From positions 248,001 to 312,000 of the forward strand of contig MU008165.1 of assembly GCA_010909165.1 (NCBI GenBank): 64,000 nucleotides of DNA. The letters run 5' to 3'. Each line of letters begins with the position of its first letter. Position 1 is the stretch's first letter. Source of the stretch: Anthoceros angustus. Taxonomy: Eukaryota > Plantae > Anthocerotophyta. The notes beneath the pieces are model-generated. The model saw nothing but the letters and a program-made list of their open reading frames with translations, did not search any database and was not told where the DNA came from. A program made the position numbers and the translations under genes. Shown here piece by piece: positions 34,275 through 47,700 of the stretch.

Positions 34275-37200
34275 GTGCCAGCTGTGGGGACGTGTGCAAA
34301 TACACAGGGGCTTGGATCTTGGTTCCCCTTCAAGACATGGAGGCGGAGGTTCCTCCGTATCGAGGACCGTGGTTCGGACTGCAGGTACACCGGTGGGGAG
34401 GTCCGCTTGGGATTCCTTTCTGAACCCCACGTGGACATGCACCTCATCGCTACTCCTCCGTGCACGCCAAGTGGTAGTGGGCCATCTCGCACTTCATCAA
34501 CAGAACGCGTTCGTGCTTGGCGAGCCCGCCGAGCTGCAGATGAAGCCCTTGCCGGCAAATCAACGTGTGGGAAAAGCCGGGCAAGTCAACTTTCTCGAGA
34601 GATTGGGCTCGTCTTCTTGGAGCGGACACAAAAATACACATCAGCTTGTAGAGTAGATATTATGGAACGTATGTTGACCTTGCCCATGCTGAAGGCATGC
34701 AAGCCGCCTTCCATTCCGGAGCCCAAAGAGATGAAGCTGATGTTGTTGTTGTTGAACAACATGAAGGCCGCACATTCTCAGTTGAAGAATGTGCAGCACA
34801 CAGACCACTTGCGGGCAAGGAAAACGTTCTTCAACATAATTTTGTCCAGGGAAGTGCAGGACCTCGGTTTGCAATCTCTCCTTGGTCGTGCCATTGGTGT
34901 GGATAGGCATGTGATCCGTTCGACTTTGGTAGTGATTCTCGAGTGCGGATTACGTGCTCTATTTTTGGGGGCGGGACGCTGTCGTCGTTCAGATGTGTTG
35001 TCCACACAAGTGCAGGATGCCGTAAAGCAATTTTGGGAGCTCGCGAGCCGGCCGTCCTCAAACACCAAGGATGCCAAGCGCATTAGGATTGCCCCAAAGA
35101 CGTTTGAGAAACACATTGTCCATTTCCTGGACATGTCGCAGGTGACACAACCAATAGTCTACTTGCGTCGTTGTTGGGGTCTACTTCGCTTTTCATGTTC
35201 GCGAGAACCTGGAGCTGTGGTTTGCAACGTGCAAGTGCTTTCCATAAATTGCGTGCCACATTGTTGTTGCACTGGTACTTGTTCAACACTTCCATTGTTG
35301 GACGATTGTAGAGTCATTTTCATAGGCTTTCCACATGCATGCTTCCCAGATTGAGTACTGGTGGAAGGTAGCGTCAGCACTAGCCTAGGAAAATCTCTGT
35401 CCCGCAAGTGTGTGCCCCCGTTTTTTGTTTGGTCAATTCTTTGTGGGAAACCTGAGTATGGGTACTGCTAATCCCGATTGCAAATGGTGGTCTGCCTAAC
35501 TTACAAGTGGTGCAGCAGATTGTGGATCGACGTGCATCTATCTGTTGGTACCATACTAGTGTGTTTCCCGTGGACAGTGGACAGTGGTGTGGTTATCCGT
35601 GATTGGTGGGCAGCCTTGTACTAGATGATGGTGTGCCTTACATGAGGTTGGGGGTTAACCTTCAGTGGATGGTGGTCTGACTCCATGTGTATGGTGGTCT
35701 GACTCCATGTGTATGGTGGTGTGCCTCTTGTGACTCGAGTGGATCTTGGTCCGCCTTCAAGTGGTTTGTGGTGTGGGTCTTGGTGGATTGTGGTTTGCCA
35801 GTGGGTGCTTGTGGCGGTCATAATGGAGGAGATGTGGGTCTTAGTGCATGGTGGTTAGCCTCACGGTGGATGGTGGTGTACCTCATAGTGGCTCTAAGTG
35901 CATGGTGGCCTTCCTCATGAATAGAGGATTACAGTGCCTCTAAGTGGATGGTGGCCTCCCTCATATAGGATTATGGTCTGCCTCTTAGTGGAAGCTGGTC
36001 TGCCTCTTACAAGTGGCTGGTGCATGGAGTGCCTCTAACTGGAAGGTGGTCTGCCTCTAAGTGGACGGTGATGTGCCTCATAGTGGAGGGTGGTGTGCTT
36101 TTCTGGGGGGGCCTCCTAGTGTGTGGTGATGGCCCTCATAGTGGAATTTTGAACGGCTGGCCATCGATTGCCTCATTAACAGGTTTTTGGGTCTACATGG
36201 GTGGATGGCAGACTGAATTTTTTCTTCGGTTCAGAGAACAGCATCCTGGCATCCAGATTGGACAACGTGCATTCGAGAAGTTGAAGCCATATTATGTGAA
36301 AAGCTTGCAGGAGAGGAATGTCTGTTGCTGTAGGTATCACGTGGAAATGGCTTTTCTAAAGGATCTGAGCATTCGACATACCATTTCCAGAATACACCCT
36401 CGTGGAGGTTGCCCATGTATGCGGCATTTGCCGCCGCAGTGCCTCAACCTCCGGGTGTTGTGCCCCATTATCGACCTATTCATCGGTGAGAGCAGATTGA
36501 CCCTTTGTGAGAAAGAGGCGGATTCGAATGGCAAACTTGGAATGCCTTTCGGCAAAATGTGGAGTGCGAGAAGGTATTGTTTTGTCCCAGAAACCAGCAT
36601 TGACGTCCTACCAAATGTTACCATCAATTGGAGGTGCTTCCGGTACCAAGTTGTCGGGACGGTGGAGGTGTGACAAGAAGCGTATTAAGTTGGTCTTCAT
36701 GGAGACACACCGCGGACATGGTTACGTACAAAGACAAGTGCAGGCTTTTATTTTGCACGACTTCGCAAAGGTGGCGGGGCACGGAATTTCGGCCGATGTG
36801 GAATTGTTTCCCAAAGATGTTGTGGTCAGCGTTTTGGACTTCTCACAGAACTATGCCTTTGGTGTGCAGAACGAAATCCAGTCTATGCACTGGTATAACG
36901 ACCAAGTTACAATTTTGGTCCTTGTTTTCTCACCGGACACGAGGTAGATCATGAACCAGTCTTGGTGTCCACAAGTATTATCACTTTTTGTTAGTGATGA
37001 CATGCTACACGATACCCTTTTGTGCGATTGCTTGGGTCTCCATTGGCGGTGGATGCAATCTGGTTTCAAGGCCTCGGGAACCTGGTATGGTCGAGATGGT
37101 GCGCGTCTTCAAGGCATGCGACCACCATTACTATGTGGCGAGGTATCCAAGCATAACAGGATGCAACATGTTATGGTCTTATTTTGGTAGTGGCCATGGG

Positions 37201-37985
37201 AAGGGGAACACGATGGAGCTGGAGCCATTTTGAAGCGCTCTTCGTGCTGAGTCTCACACGAGCACGTGAATGCGAATCTGCAGATGTTGTTGCATTCCTT
37301 CGCTCCACAATATCCGGAGGCGGTAGCTTCATATCCCGGTAGCGGTGCAGTACATGCGTTACGCTTGTTGGGCCCAATGATGTCAATCGCCGGGCAAAAT
37401 GGGCATGTGATGCCATTCCAGGCTCCAAGAGTTGTCATAGCATTTATGGCTACGATGCTGCTAACCCAACAAAACTGAGAATGCGCAACCTGGCATGCTT
37501 TTGTGCTGCATGCATAGACAGCAATCATGCGGACTGTGAATCTGTACCACATGCGGTTTGTGGGAAGACATCGCAATACGTCCACATTCAGAGGTGCAAT
37601 TAGGTGTGCAGACAAGGCGACAACTCCTGCAGCAACAACAATTTCAGGGTGTGGAAGCTTTGCACGCTGATCAAGGGCAGGCAACTGGTGAAGACGAGTC
37701 CCAAGATGTCACCAACATTGCAGACATGCTGGAAGTGGGTGATAACTTCCTTGTGTTTGCAGAGGTTGCAAATGAGGGTGCCACGTACTACCTCGTCCAA
37801 TGCGTCCAAGGACCCCACCGCCTTCCTACAGCGCGACAATGTCCTTGGAGCGGGCGGTTTGTTCCGGAGACATAGTGGTCTGGGTCGATACGACAAGGCG
37901 GGAGGCGGTTACCGACACCTGGACACAGGGCATGCCGAATGCATCCTCTCTCACAGTGGTGACATGCAAGTTTGACTTCATGTCA
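34275..37985 (+). mobile_element. Decayed Sola2-like DDD transposase gene with an intron at 35142-36211
   Basis: Motifs recoverable across frameshifts: FLDMSQ/TEFFLRFREQHPGIQIGQRAFEKLKP, CCCRYHVE, LDFSQNY...NEIQSMHW, VSDDMLHD, WS-DG-CAS-FK, YFGSGHGKGEHDGAGAILKR, RNLACFCAAC. GT-AG boundaries restore the frame. Family assignment is from my recollection of Sola2 motifs. Confidence 0.72.
35600..36180. repeat. Short-motif array (AAGTGGATGGTGG/TCTGCCTC) inside the transposase intron
   Basis: Many degenerate copies. The reverse complement CACCATCCACTT is arrayed at 42640-42850 and 43670-43880. Confidence 0.65.
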
Positions 37986-40756
37986 CGCATAAAATGATCT
38001 GGTGGTGTACAACGTGCCACTTGACCTTGTCCGACGTTTCATGATTTGGTGAGAGACCATAATAGACATTTTGATGCAGAAGGAATGAAATGGGAAAAAT
38101 CCTATGACTTTTGGGTGAGCGGTAGGGCATTGTTTGTGCTGTCGGCGTGCTTGTGCATGTTGCTTGTTAGATTGAAAAGTCACGCACTGAGGACAGATTA
38201 CTTCCCCATTCACCTAGGGTTTTGGTGTGTGCAGTTTCTAAACTGGCGATTGGGACACCAAGGGTACAATGCACAATACATTTAGGTTCCTAGTTCGGCC
38301 ACAGACATGTATGGATTGGTTGGTTTCACTGTTATGTGCTATGCACCATTTGAAAGCACGGAAAGCCTTTCTATGCCACGCCACCCTAGTGGCCAGTATG
38401 TCGGGCAAGGCATACCTCTCCAACGCACACACCTGCTACAAGCACACTGTTTGCAACCTAACTGTAAACCCAAATAGCAAAACATCGCTGAAAATACTCT
38501 AGCTTCAGCTTCCTTGAGGCTCGTCCATCTCGGGGTTTGGTGATCCAACCCCCGAGTTACTACGATCACCTTCTGCAGGCGAACTCCACCTTAAAAACAC
38601 AAAATCTACAAGAACTCCATGCCTAATCACTTCACTCTCGCAGCCAAGAGATTGGCAGCCGTCTTCAGGGAAAGCACCTGTGTCAAAAACCATTCTTCCC
38701 AGGGCAAGTCCCTTCTGCGCCCTTGTCTTGATCTCTCAAACCGGTTGGTCACCGCAATAGGACCTTCAACATGTGAGTCACCAACCTCTTGCTAGTCAAT
38801 GTCCCAGCCATGCCTCCTGGGACTGGTCGCCGGCGATTGGGACATGGGAAGATGAAGCAGGCGCTGGCGGTTGGATCTCGGTCAAGAACGCCCGGTGAGC
38901 GGATAGTCTTCACCGGATGTCTCGGCAGACCCGTCGGTAGCATCCGTCGTCATCCTCCACACACATGCTACAACCCACTGCAATACACTGCTTGTTGTAA
39001 TGACAGAAACCCTTGATAGTCTATTAAAACCCCACGTCTACTATTCACCACTCCAAGTCCCTACGCAACATGTACATGTGCGTGGTTGATACCACTTCTT
39101 GGGGCATTAAATCGCTGCGACACGATAAATGACGCACGAGTTCGGGTTGGGCAGCAAACCAAGTGTAGTTTGAAGCGTTTGGGTCATCCATTATTCTTGG
39201 CATGAACCACCACTAAACCCAAACACCACTCTCCTCGATAACCCTCCACCCCTCCACCGCGGATCCTACCGTCGCGTGTTGAGTTTTAGCGAGCGGTCAT
39301 GCCTTCCCGAATCGGTCGAACGGCATCGAGTCCTCCGCATGCCAGATCATTATCAGGGAACTTACAAGCTGCGATTGAAGTGGTGGATGGTTCACAGTCA
39401 CAGCCCCCGGTTGCATCAGCTCCAGGTGATCATCCACCCCCTGCACCGGCTGAGAGATATGAGGCTGCACACTGGGGAGTGGCGGAAGAGTGGCCTCATC
39501 AGGGGGCCGTAGCACGTGGTAGGGCAAGAACACGGCTTGGAAGATTGGGGGAAGAGAACCTTGATGGGCGAGGAATCAAAAGGGCACGGAAGGCAACTCC
39601 TCCCGGCTTCTCTTCACGCAATGTGGCGAAATGTTGGGCATCATTGCAGAAGGCAACAGCAAAGCACGAGTACTATGTCCAGGTGTTGGCAGGGTGGCGA
39701 GAGAGAACAATCCGAGCGGAAGAAAGAGGCCAGCTTCGTGGACTTGCTTCTATCGTCATAGAGCCCGCCTCCTCATCATGTTCTGGAGTAACAGGTTGAG
39801 AGCTTTGTTCAAACTTGGCTTGTGTGTTGTAGGAAGAGGCCTGAGCATCCAGCTTTACGTAATTGAGGAAGGTCCCATCGCCCAGATGTTTTTGTTCACG
39901 GTGTGTAGAAGCGGACATGTTGTGCATTTGCATGATCTCTCGATCCCTCCAACTAGACAATCTTCTTGACATGACTGTTGTTTTTATCGTCATTTTGTTT
40001 GGCATGGTTGGAACGGGTTTGGCTGGCAGCCCTTTGCGTGTTCACTCATTTTGTGGTGTGACCACGGTCCGCATTCCCCATTGACCGTGTGTGTCGAACA
40101 ATCCGATGTACGCGATTTGTGGATCTTTCAAGCTTGGAACCCGGGTGCATCGTGACACAGTTTCAACCTTGTGAGTCTTACAAACAATGACAAAGAGTAT
40201 CATTCACCTAGATGGGTGGTTCTTCAAGAAGATGTCTCGAGACAAAATGTGGCTACAACAATCTGTGGTTTTGGGAGTCCCGGCCTCACCACGCAAAGTA
40301 TGCTCCATTTAGGAAAGAACACAAAACCAACACACCAACTGCTGAAATCAAGACAAATGAAGTCTGAACACACTTGGGAGTCACAACGCTTGACTCCAAA
40401 CACAAAACCAAAACCCTGCCACCTCCAACGATCCCGCAGTCTTCCTCTTCAGCCCGTTCAGCTTATCATGCTGGCAGTGTGGGCACGCCACTCAGTCATC
40501 CACCGTGTAAGATTGGCCACCAGACTCAGCACTGGAGTTGTCATCTTCAACGGCTCTACAAATAGAAGAAGCGTGACGAAGAATGTCATGGTAATCAACT
40601 AACGAGGTGCATGATTTGAACCCACACATGCCAGGTCTGAAACTTCTCACCTATGTAATTCTGCTAGTTCTTCAAGTCGTTTACTCAGTTTGGGCTCCAA
40701 CCAACATCGATGACCTCCCTTTCTTCCAGGCGCATTTCTATGCTTGGGTGGCACCT

Positions 40757-41954
40757 TCAATTGAAATCTTGCATGATACTCACAGGCAAAACAACTGGCA
40801 AAGGAGGCTTGTCATTCCTGAGTTTGTAAACTCCTTTCTGGTCCCCTTCACGCTCATAGTAGATCCCCTGGACAACCATTTCGCCTGCTGGCCAATGCCC
40901 TTCATACCACCTATCCCGGATAGTCTTTGTCACCCATGGTGTCTTCGCATTTGATGATGAAAACGACTCACTCGCCCATCTTCCATTTCGCCAGCACCGC
41001 AAAGTTGTCCCGTGCCTTAAGACGAGTAGTCCTCTTCAATCTCTTCATCTTCTTCCTCATCTTCCTCCTCTTGTCTAGGCTTGAAAGCACCTTCCCTCAG
41101 AAGATTTGCGCTTTGCCCCACGGTGTTGGAGGTTGCCGTGCCCCGTGTCCATTCTCCTGCCTAGCACCACTATATCCTTGATTTCGGCATGGGTTCTCCA
41201 ACATCGCCAGAGAGGCAAGCGATGGTCGCAGGATGGGAGCCTTCACAACATGGACATGTGCACCGACTTCCTCTTTGGGACCAGAGGATGGCAACAGCTC
41301 TGCAATAGCGGCCTTCTCACAATCAGCAACACCATGATTCGCAGCTTGCAGCCTTGCTGGCAGATCAGGAGTTAGATGCTCAACAATTGCGGCCTCACCA
41401 CCAATTGCTAGTGTGTGGTCAACATGGATGCCAAGGGATTGTGGAGCGACCTTTTCAAGCAACCCATCGCTAGATGCGAGTGGTTCAAGAGATGATGGAA
41501 CTGCTATCATGTCCCCTGTTTCATGCTGAGTAAGTGACACGGGTGCACCTGGGACCTGCACAGATGGATCCAGAAGAGGTGCCAGCTCATGTGCCACCAC
41601 CAGTTTGGAGGGTTGGGGCTCAGTGGCTAGTTGATCCTCCTCGCATGCAACCTCATCCCGCTGCACACCCACAGATGACTCCGTGTGGAACTGGGTTTGT
41701 GGCTTCTCCATTACAAGGTCAGTGTCTTTGAGGTATACACTAGGGGATACAACTTCGGCATATGGCGCACTGCTTTCAATTACCCCACAGGGTCCATCTG
41801 ATGTGCCAAGGCATTTCTGTCCATCAGAGCCAGGATTCGACAAATGGTGTACACACCCTAAAACAGTGATCATATCCGCCACCGCCTTCTCGCCAATAGC
41901 CAACACCTCTGGGCTCATCCTAGGGGTAATACGAGTAGTCTCCCCACTGTGCAT
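40757..41954 (-). pseudogene. Second gene, convergent with the transposase: acidic disordered region plus a C-terminal domain homologous to the transposase C-terminus
   Basis: ORF 41097-41954, then EEEDEEEDEEIEEDY / DNFAVLA / RDRWYEGHWPAGEMVVQGIYYE across frameshifts. Compare the transposase end: EDESQD..LEVGDNFLVFAE..YYLVQC..PWSGRFVP-GDIVVWGRY. Confidence 0.55.
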
Positions 41955-42524
41955 GTCTTGGTTGCACTCCTCGGTGATCGAGGAGTCTGCACCATCACTA
42001 CTTCTTGATTACACGGACATATGGATCGATTTCCCCAGACGCAGTTGGCCACCACATTTCGGGAGGCGGTAGCTTAACCTAGATGGAGCAATTCGTGATG
42101 GTGGTGTTCGTGCATTTCCTGGTGTCCCTGTCCCCGGTGTGTCAAGCCCCGAAATGGTGGCGAGGAAGTCCCGCATGGTGAAGAAGCATGGTTGTGCGAT
42201 GGCGGAGTTGTTAACATCAAAGAACCTGCACTCTTTCCACCGCCTTCCTAGTCCACCTAAAACTATCATCATCATAAAATTCAGCACCCCATTCCTCCAA
42301 ACATGGCTTCCGGTCTTGACCATGTTAGAGGACACACTCATAGCACTAGAAGCCCATCCTTTGCCCTCAACCACGTGGGAACCTCCAAGCCACAAGATCG
42401 GAGCACGGACCTTGCTCTCCCTCAAATCTTGGTAGAGGCAAAAGTCGTGGTAGGAGTGTCCACAAGGAAGAACTGAAAATTATGTGCACCATACCACCGC
42501 AAGTTAAGGTTACTTCAAGTGGTG

Positions 42525-44590
42525 TTTCACTTCACTCACATTACACTTGATTAAGCTCCACTTCAACCTAGACCACTACTGGGGGCACCATGACAGATCC
42601 ACTTGAACAAACCACCATAAGCGGCGCACCGCCGTAGCACCATCAAGTGGAAGGTGCTCCAAAGCACCATACAAAGTGCGGCTACATAAGGAGCACCATC
42701 AAGTGGATGGTGCCGTAAGTGGATGGTGCCGTATTACGTGCAGCACCATAATTACCACCTCACTTGGAGCACCATCCACTTGAACACACTGCACCAATAT
42801 CAGCGTACACGAAAACTAGTGGCTCACTTGAGCACCATCCACTTCATATGGACCCTTGACTGGAACGCAATGATAAGCACAGCACACCACCTAACCACCT
42901 ACCCCCCAACCACCTAACCAGCGATTCAGCGTCACTCTTCATCACCCAACATTGAGCAGTGAACACACCTGGTACATAAGGGACAGGCATTCAGCTTCAC
43001 CTCCATACCACCTCTACCAAGAGGGGCTTCAATCCAAGCTGGTGGCCAAAGAGGCCGCTGGTCGCCTCATCAAGGAAGACAATTCACGGTGTGCGCCATG
43101 TCTTGCTCATGCGTCACCCCTTTCTCCATATCTCCACACACTCCTTAGCCTCGCCTGCAGTTTCGGTGGCAAGTTCGACACCAACCCCTCCTCCCTTTCA
43201 ACCAAAGAACGCAGTTGTGTTGTCTTCACCTCTTGTTGGTTGATGCGGCTCTCACTCATACTTCTCCAAGCCAAGTCTCCCGGACCTTTTTCAGCTTGTC
43301 AACTTCCTCACATACCTCCAAGAGCACTTTCTCTTGGAGCTTCACCGCCTGTAACAACAACAAGATCCTCTAGGCGGTTTCCAAGAAGGTGCCATGACGT
43401 CTAGACATAGGCCAAGTCCGTGACTTGCTCTCGAGGCCACACACCCCATGTGCCATGTACGAATGGTTCAGCCACCACCTCATGAGAAGTGGACTCCACG
43501 GATCTTTAGTCGCATTGGTTTCCACCAGCTGCCTTGTTTGTAGCTCTTCCTTGGCGAATGGGCTTTCACTTCACTCACATTACACTTGATTAAGCTCCAC
43601 TTCAACCTAGACCACTACAGGCACCATGACAGATCCACTTGAACAAACCACCAAAGCAAGCACCAAGTAGCACCATCAAGTGGAAGGTGCTCCAAAGCAC
43701 CATACAAAGTGCGGCTACATAAGGAGCACCATCAAGTGGATGGTGCAAGTGGATGGTGCCATATTACGTGCAGCACCATAATTACCACCTCACTTGGAGC
43801 ACCATCCACTTGAACACACGCACCAATATCAACAGACACGAAACTACTAGTGGCTCACTTGAGCACCATCCACTTCATATGAACCCTTGATGAACGCAAT
43901 GATAAGCACAGACACCACCTAACCACCTACCCCCAACCACCTAACCAGCGATTCAAATCATACCATCACCCAACATTGAGCGGTGAACACACAGTACATA
44001 AGGGACAGTATCGCTTCACCTCCATACCACCTCTACCAAGAGGGGCTTCAATCCAAGCTGGTGGCCAAAGAGGCCCGCCGCCTCATCAAGGAAGACAATT
44101 CACGGTGTGCCGCCATGTCTTGCTCATGCACCTTTTTCTCCATATCTCCACACACTCCTTAGCCTCGCAGTTGCCGCTGTGGCAAGTTCGACACCAACCC
44201 CTCCTCCCTTTCAACCAAAGAACGCAGTTGTGTTGTCTTCACCTCTTCGCTGGTTGATGCAGCTCTCAGCTCATACTTCTCCAAAGCCAAGTCTCCCGGA
44301 CCTTTTTCAGCTTGTCAACTTCCTCACATACCTCCAAGAGCACTTTCTCTTGGAGCTTCACCGCCTGTAACAACAACAAGATCCTCTAGAGGTTTCCAAG
44401 AAGGTGCCATGACGCCTAGACATAGGCCAAGTCCGTGACTTGCTCTCGTGGCCACACCCCCCTGTCTGTGCCATGTACGAATGGTTCAGCCACCACCTCA
44501 TGAGAAGTGGACTCCACGGATCTTTAGTCGCATTGGTTTCCACCACGGCCCGCTTTGTTTGTAGCTCTTCCTTGGCCGAATGGGCTTTCA
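42525..44590. repeat. Direct tandem duplication of a ~1.04-kb unit
   Basis: TTTCACTTCACTCACATTACAC at 42525 and 43564; copies differ mostly by small indels; minus strand has coiled-coil-like coding remnants. Confidence 0.9.
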
Positions 44591-44789
44591 CCGCTGAATC
44601 TGCTCTCCCGGAGATGCTAGCACCTTGGACTCCCGAGCATGAGGCGTGTCCGGCTAATACTCTCCTCACGGGAAGATCCCTTGTGCTTGACACCCATCCG
44701 CAAACATATGAACCTCGGATCCCTTTTGTCCTCCACTACAACATCCTCACATTGCGACTTCTTTTTCGATGTTTACGCTCTTGAACCAC

Positions 44790-47700
44790 ACCCCCCGCAC
44801 AAAGGGCCTTTGTTGTCTTGTCATAAGTGAACCAATCAATGGAAACACCTTTCAACTTCTCCACAAGAACTCCAAGTGCCATCTTCCTAGGAATGAACTT
44901 CTTCCCCTCGGAGGGCCGCTTATACACGTAACACAAATCATCAATGTTTTCCACTCGCCTTTGAAATCACCTTGCAACTTGAAATTTTGAGACCACTTGA
45001 ACCCTTCGTTCTTCCCTATCGGCCCAAACACACTAACAATAAACTCGTCACCACCAATCGGTCCTTGAGAATATCGGGTATACGAAATATCCCTAACATT
45101 AAAAACCGACAGTGTGCCATCTCCTTCTTTCCAGAGACATTCACAGCTTTCCTTGCAACTTCTTCACATGTTCGGTCCTTTCACGCACTTCCGGCTTCTT
45201 AGGCGCCTTCTTGAAACAAACTCAAGCTCCTCTTCAAAGCGGCCATCGCGAAGGCTATGCGATCTGCAAGAGCGAAAGCAATGGCCGGATCGCAAATGTG
45301 GTTTACATCAAATCCATGAAACCGGACAAACAATTGTAATAGAAGATGAGCTCCCATCTTGCACGCCCTTCTCTCTAGCAACCACAACGAACATCCCTTC
45401 ATCAATCACTTCCTTCTCTCCAACGGAGGTCCATCTCCAGCCCTTTGCTGTTATCTCCAGCCCGGATCCACCACATGATCCGCCTCCCACCACACCATCC
45501 TCCCACCACCGCCTCCCACACGCCTCCCACCGCCACCGACCTCCCACACCGCCGCCTCCCACACGCCTCCCACGCCGCCACCGCCCTCCTACACACCGCC
45601 TCCTCACCGCCTCCCACACGCCGCCTCCCACCGCCACCGTCCTCCTCCTCCCGCCTCCCACCTCCTCCCACACGCCTCCCACCTCCCCCTCGGAGGGCCT
45701 TCGGTATACACGGTAACACAAATCATCAATGTTTTCCCACTCTTTGAAATCACCTTGCGACTTGAAACGCGTTTTGAGACCACTTGAACCCTTCGTTCTT
45801 CCCTATCGGCCCAAACACACTAACAATAAACTCGTCACCACCAATCGGTCCTTGAGAATATCGATTGCGAAATATCCCTAACATTAAAACCAACGGAGTG
45901 TGCCATCTCCTTCTTTCGGTCCCAGACATTCACAGCTTTCCTTGCAACTTCTTCACATGTTCGGTCCTTTCACGCACTTCCGGCTTCTTAGCGCCTTCTT
46001 GAAACAAACTCAAGCTCCTCTTCAAGCGGACCATCGCGAAGGCTATGCGATCCAAGGTAAGAAAGCGGTCGTGACCGGATCGCAAATGTGGTTTACATCA
46101 AATCCATGAAACCGACAAACAATTGTAATAGAAGATGAGCTCCCATCTTGCACGCCCTTCTCTCTAGCAACCACAACGAACATCCCTTCATCAATCACTT
46201 CCTTCTCTCCAACGAGGTCCATCTCCAGCCCTTTGCGGGTTATCTCGCCCGGATCCACCACATGATCCGCCTCCCACACCGCCACCATCCTCCCACCACC
46301 GCCGCCTCCCACACCACCATCCTCCCACACGCCTCCCACACCGCCTCCCACCACCGCCGCCTCCACACCGCCGCCCTCCTACACGCCACCGTCCTCCTCA
46401 CCGCCTCCCACACGCCGCCTCCCACACCGCCACCGTCCTCCCACTCGCCTCCCACCTCCTCCCACACCGCCACACACCTCCGTCATCCCGGTTCTCTCGT
46501 GTTCATGGATGTGAGCATAGCAAGCTTATCACGCAGACCATGCGGCATGGTGAGTAAAGGGCATTGATGGGGAACATGTATTCGCATATCCACCCTCCGG
46601 TGGTGAGCTACCAAGATTACTTTCAGGTGGCATGCGGACTCAATCCAAACCAAGGTCCTCTTGAGCGAGCATATTTGTCAAGCTCACCAAATTGCAGCCG
46701 ATGTGCCCTCTTTGGATTTGAGAACTCCAAGTGCCATCTTCCTAGGAATGAACTTCTTCCCCTCGGAGGGCCGCCCGTATACAGTAACACAAATCATCAA
46801 TGTTTTCCCACTCGCTGGAAATCACCTTGCACTTGAAACGCGTGAGACCACTTGAACCCTTCGTTCTTCCCTATCGGCCCAAACACACTAACAATAAACT
46901 CGTCACCACCAATCGGTCCTTGAGAATATCGGTGAAATATCCCTAACATTAAAACCAAAGCGAGTGTGCCATCTCCTTCTTTCCAATCCCATTCACAGGC
47001 TTTCCTTGCAACTTCTTCACATGTTCGGTCCTTTCACGCACTTCCGGCTTCTTCAAGCGCCTTCTTGAAACAAACTCAAGCTCCTCTTCAAAGACAGCCA
47101 TCCAAGGCTATGCGATCTGCAAGACCAAAGTAAAATGAGTCAAGACCGGATCGCAAATGTGGTTTACATCAAATCCATGAAACCAGACAAACAATTGTAA
47201 TAGAAGATGAGCTCCCATCTTGCACGCCCTTCTCTAGCAACCACAACGAACATCCCTTCATCAATCACTTCCTTCTCTCCAACGAGGTCCATCTCCAGCC
47301 CTTTGCTGTTATCTCCAGCCCGGATCCACCACATGATCCGCCTCCCACACCGCCACCATCCTCCCACACCACCGCCCCACACCCCCACCGCCTCCCACAC
47401 CGCCACCGCCTCACACCGCCTCCCACACCGCCGCCTCCCACACGCCACGCCTCCTACACGCCACCTCCTCCTCACCGCCGCCTCCTCCAACATCGCCGCT
47501 CCCACACGCCACCGCCTCCCACTCGCCGCCACACACCTCCTCCTCCCACACCGCCATCATCCCTACACTACTCTCCTCCGTGTTCATGGATGTGAGCATA
47601 GCAAGCTTATCAGTCACATGCGATGGTGAGTAAAGGGCATTGATGGGGAACGACACATCCACCTCCCAAGTGAGCTACCAAGATTACTTTGTGGCATGCG

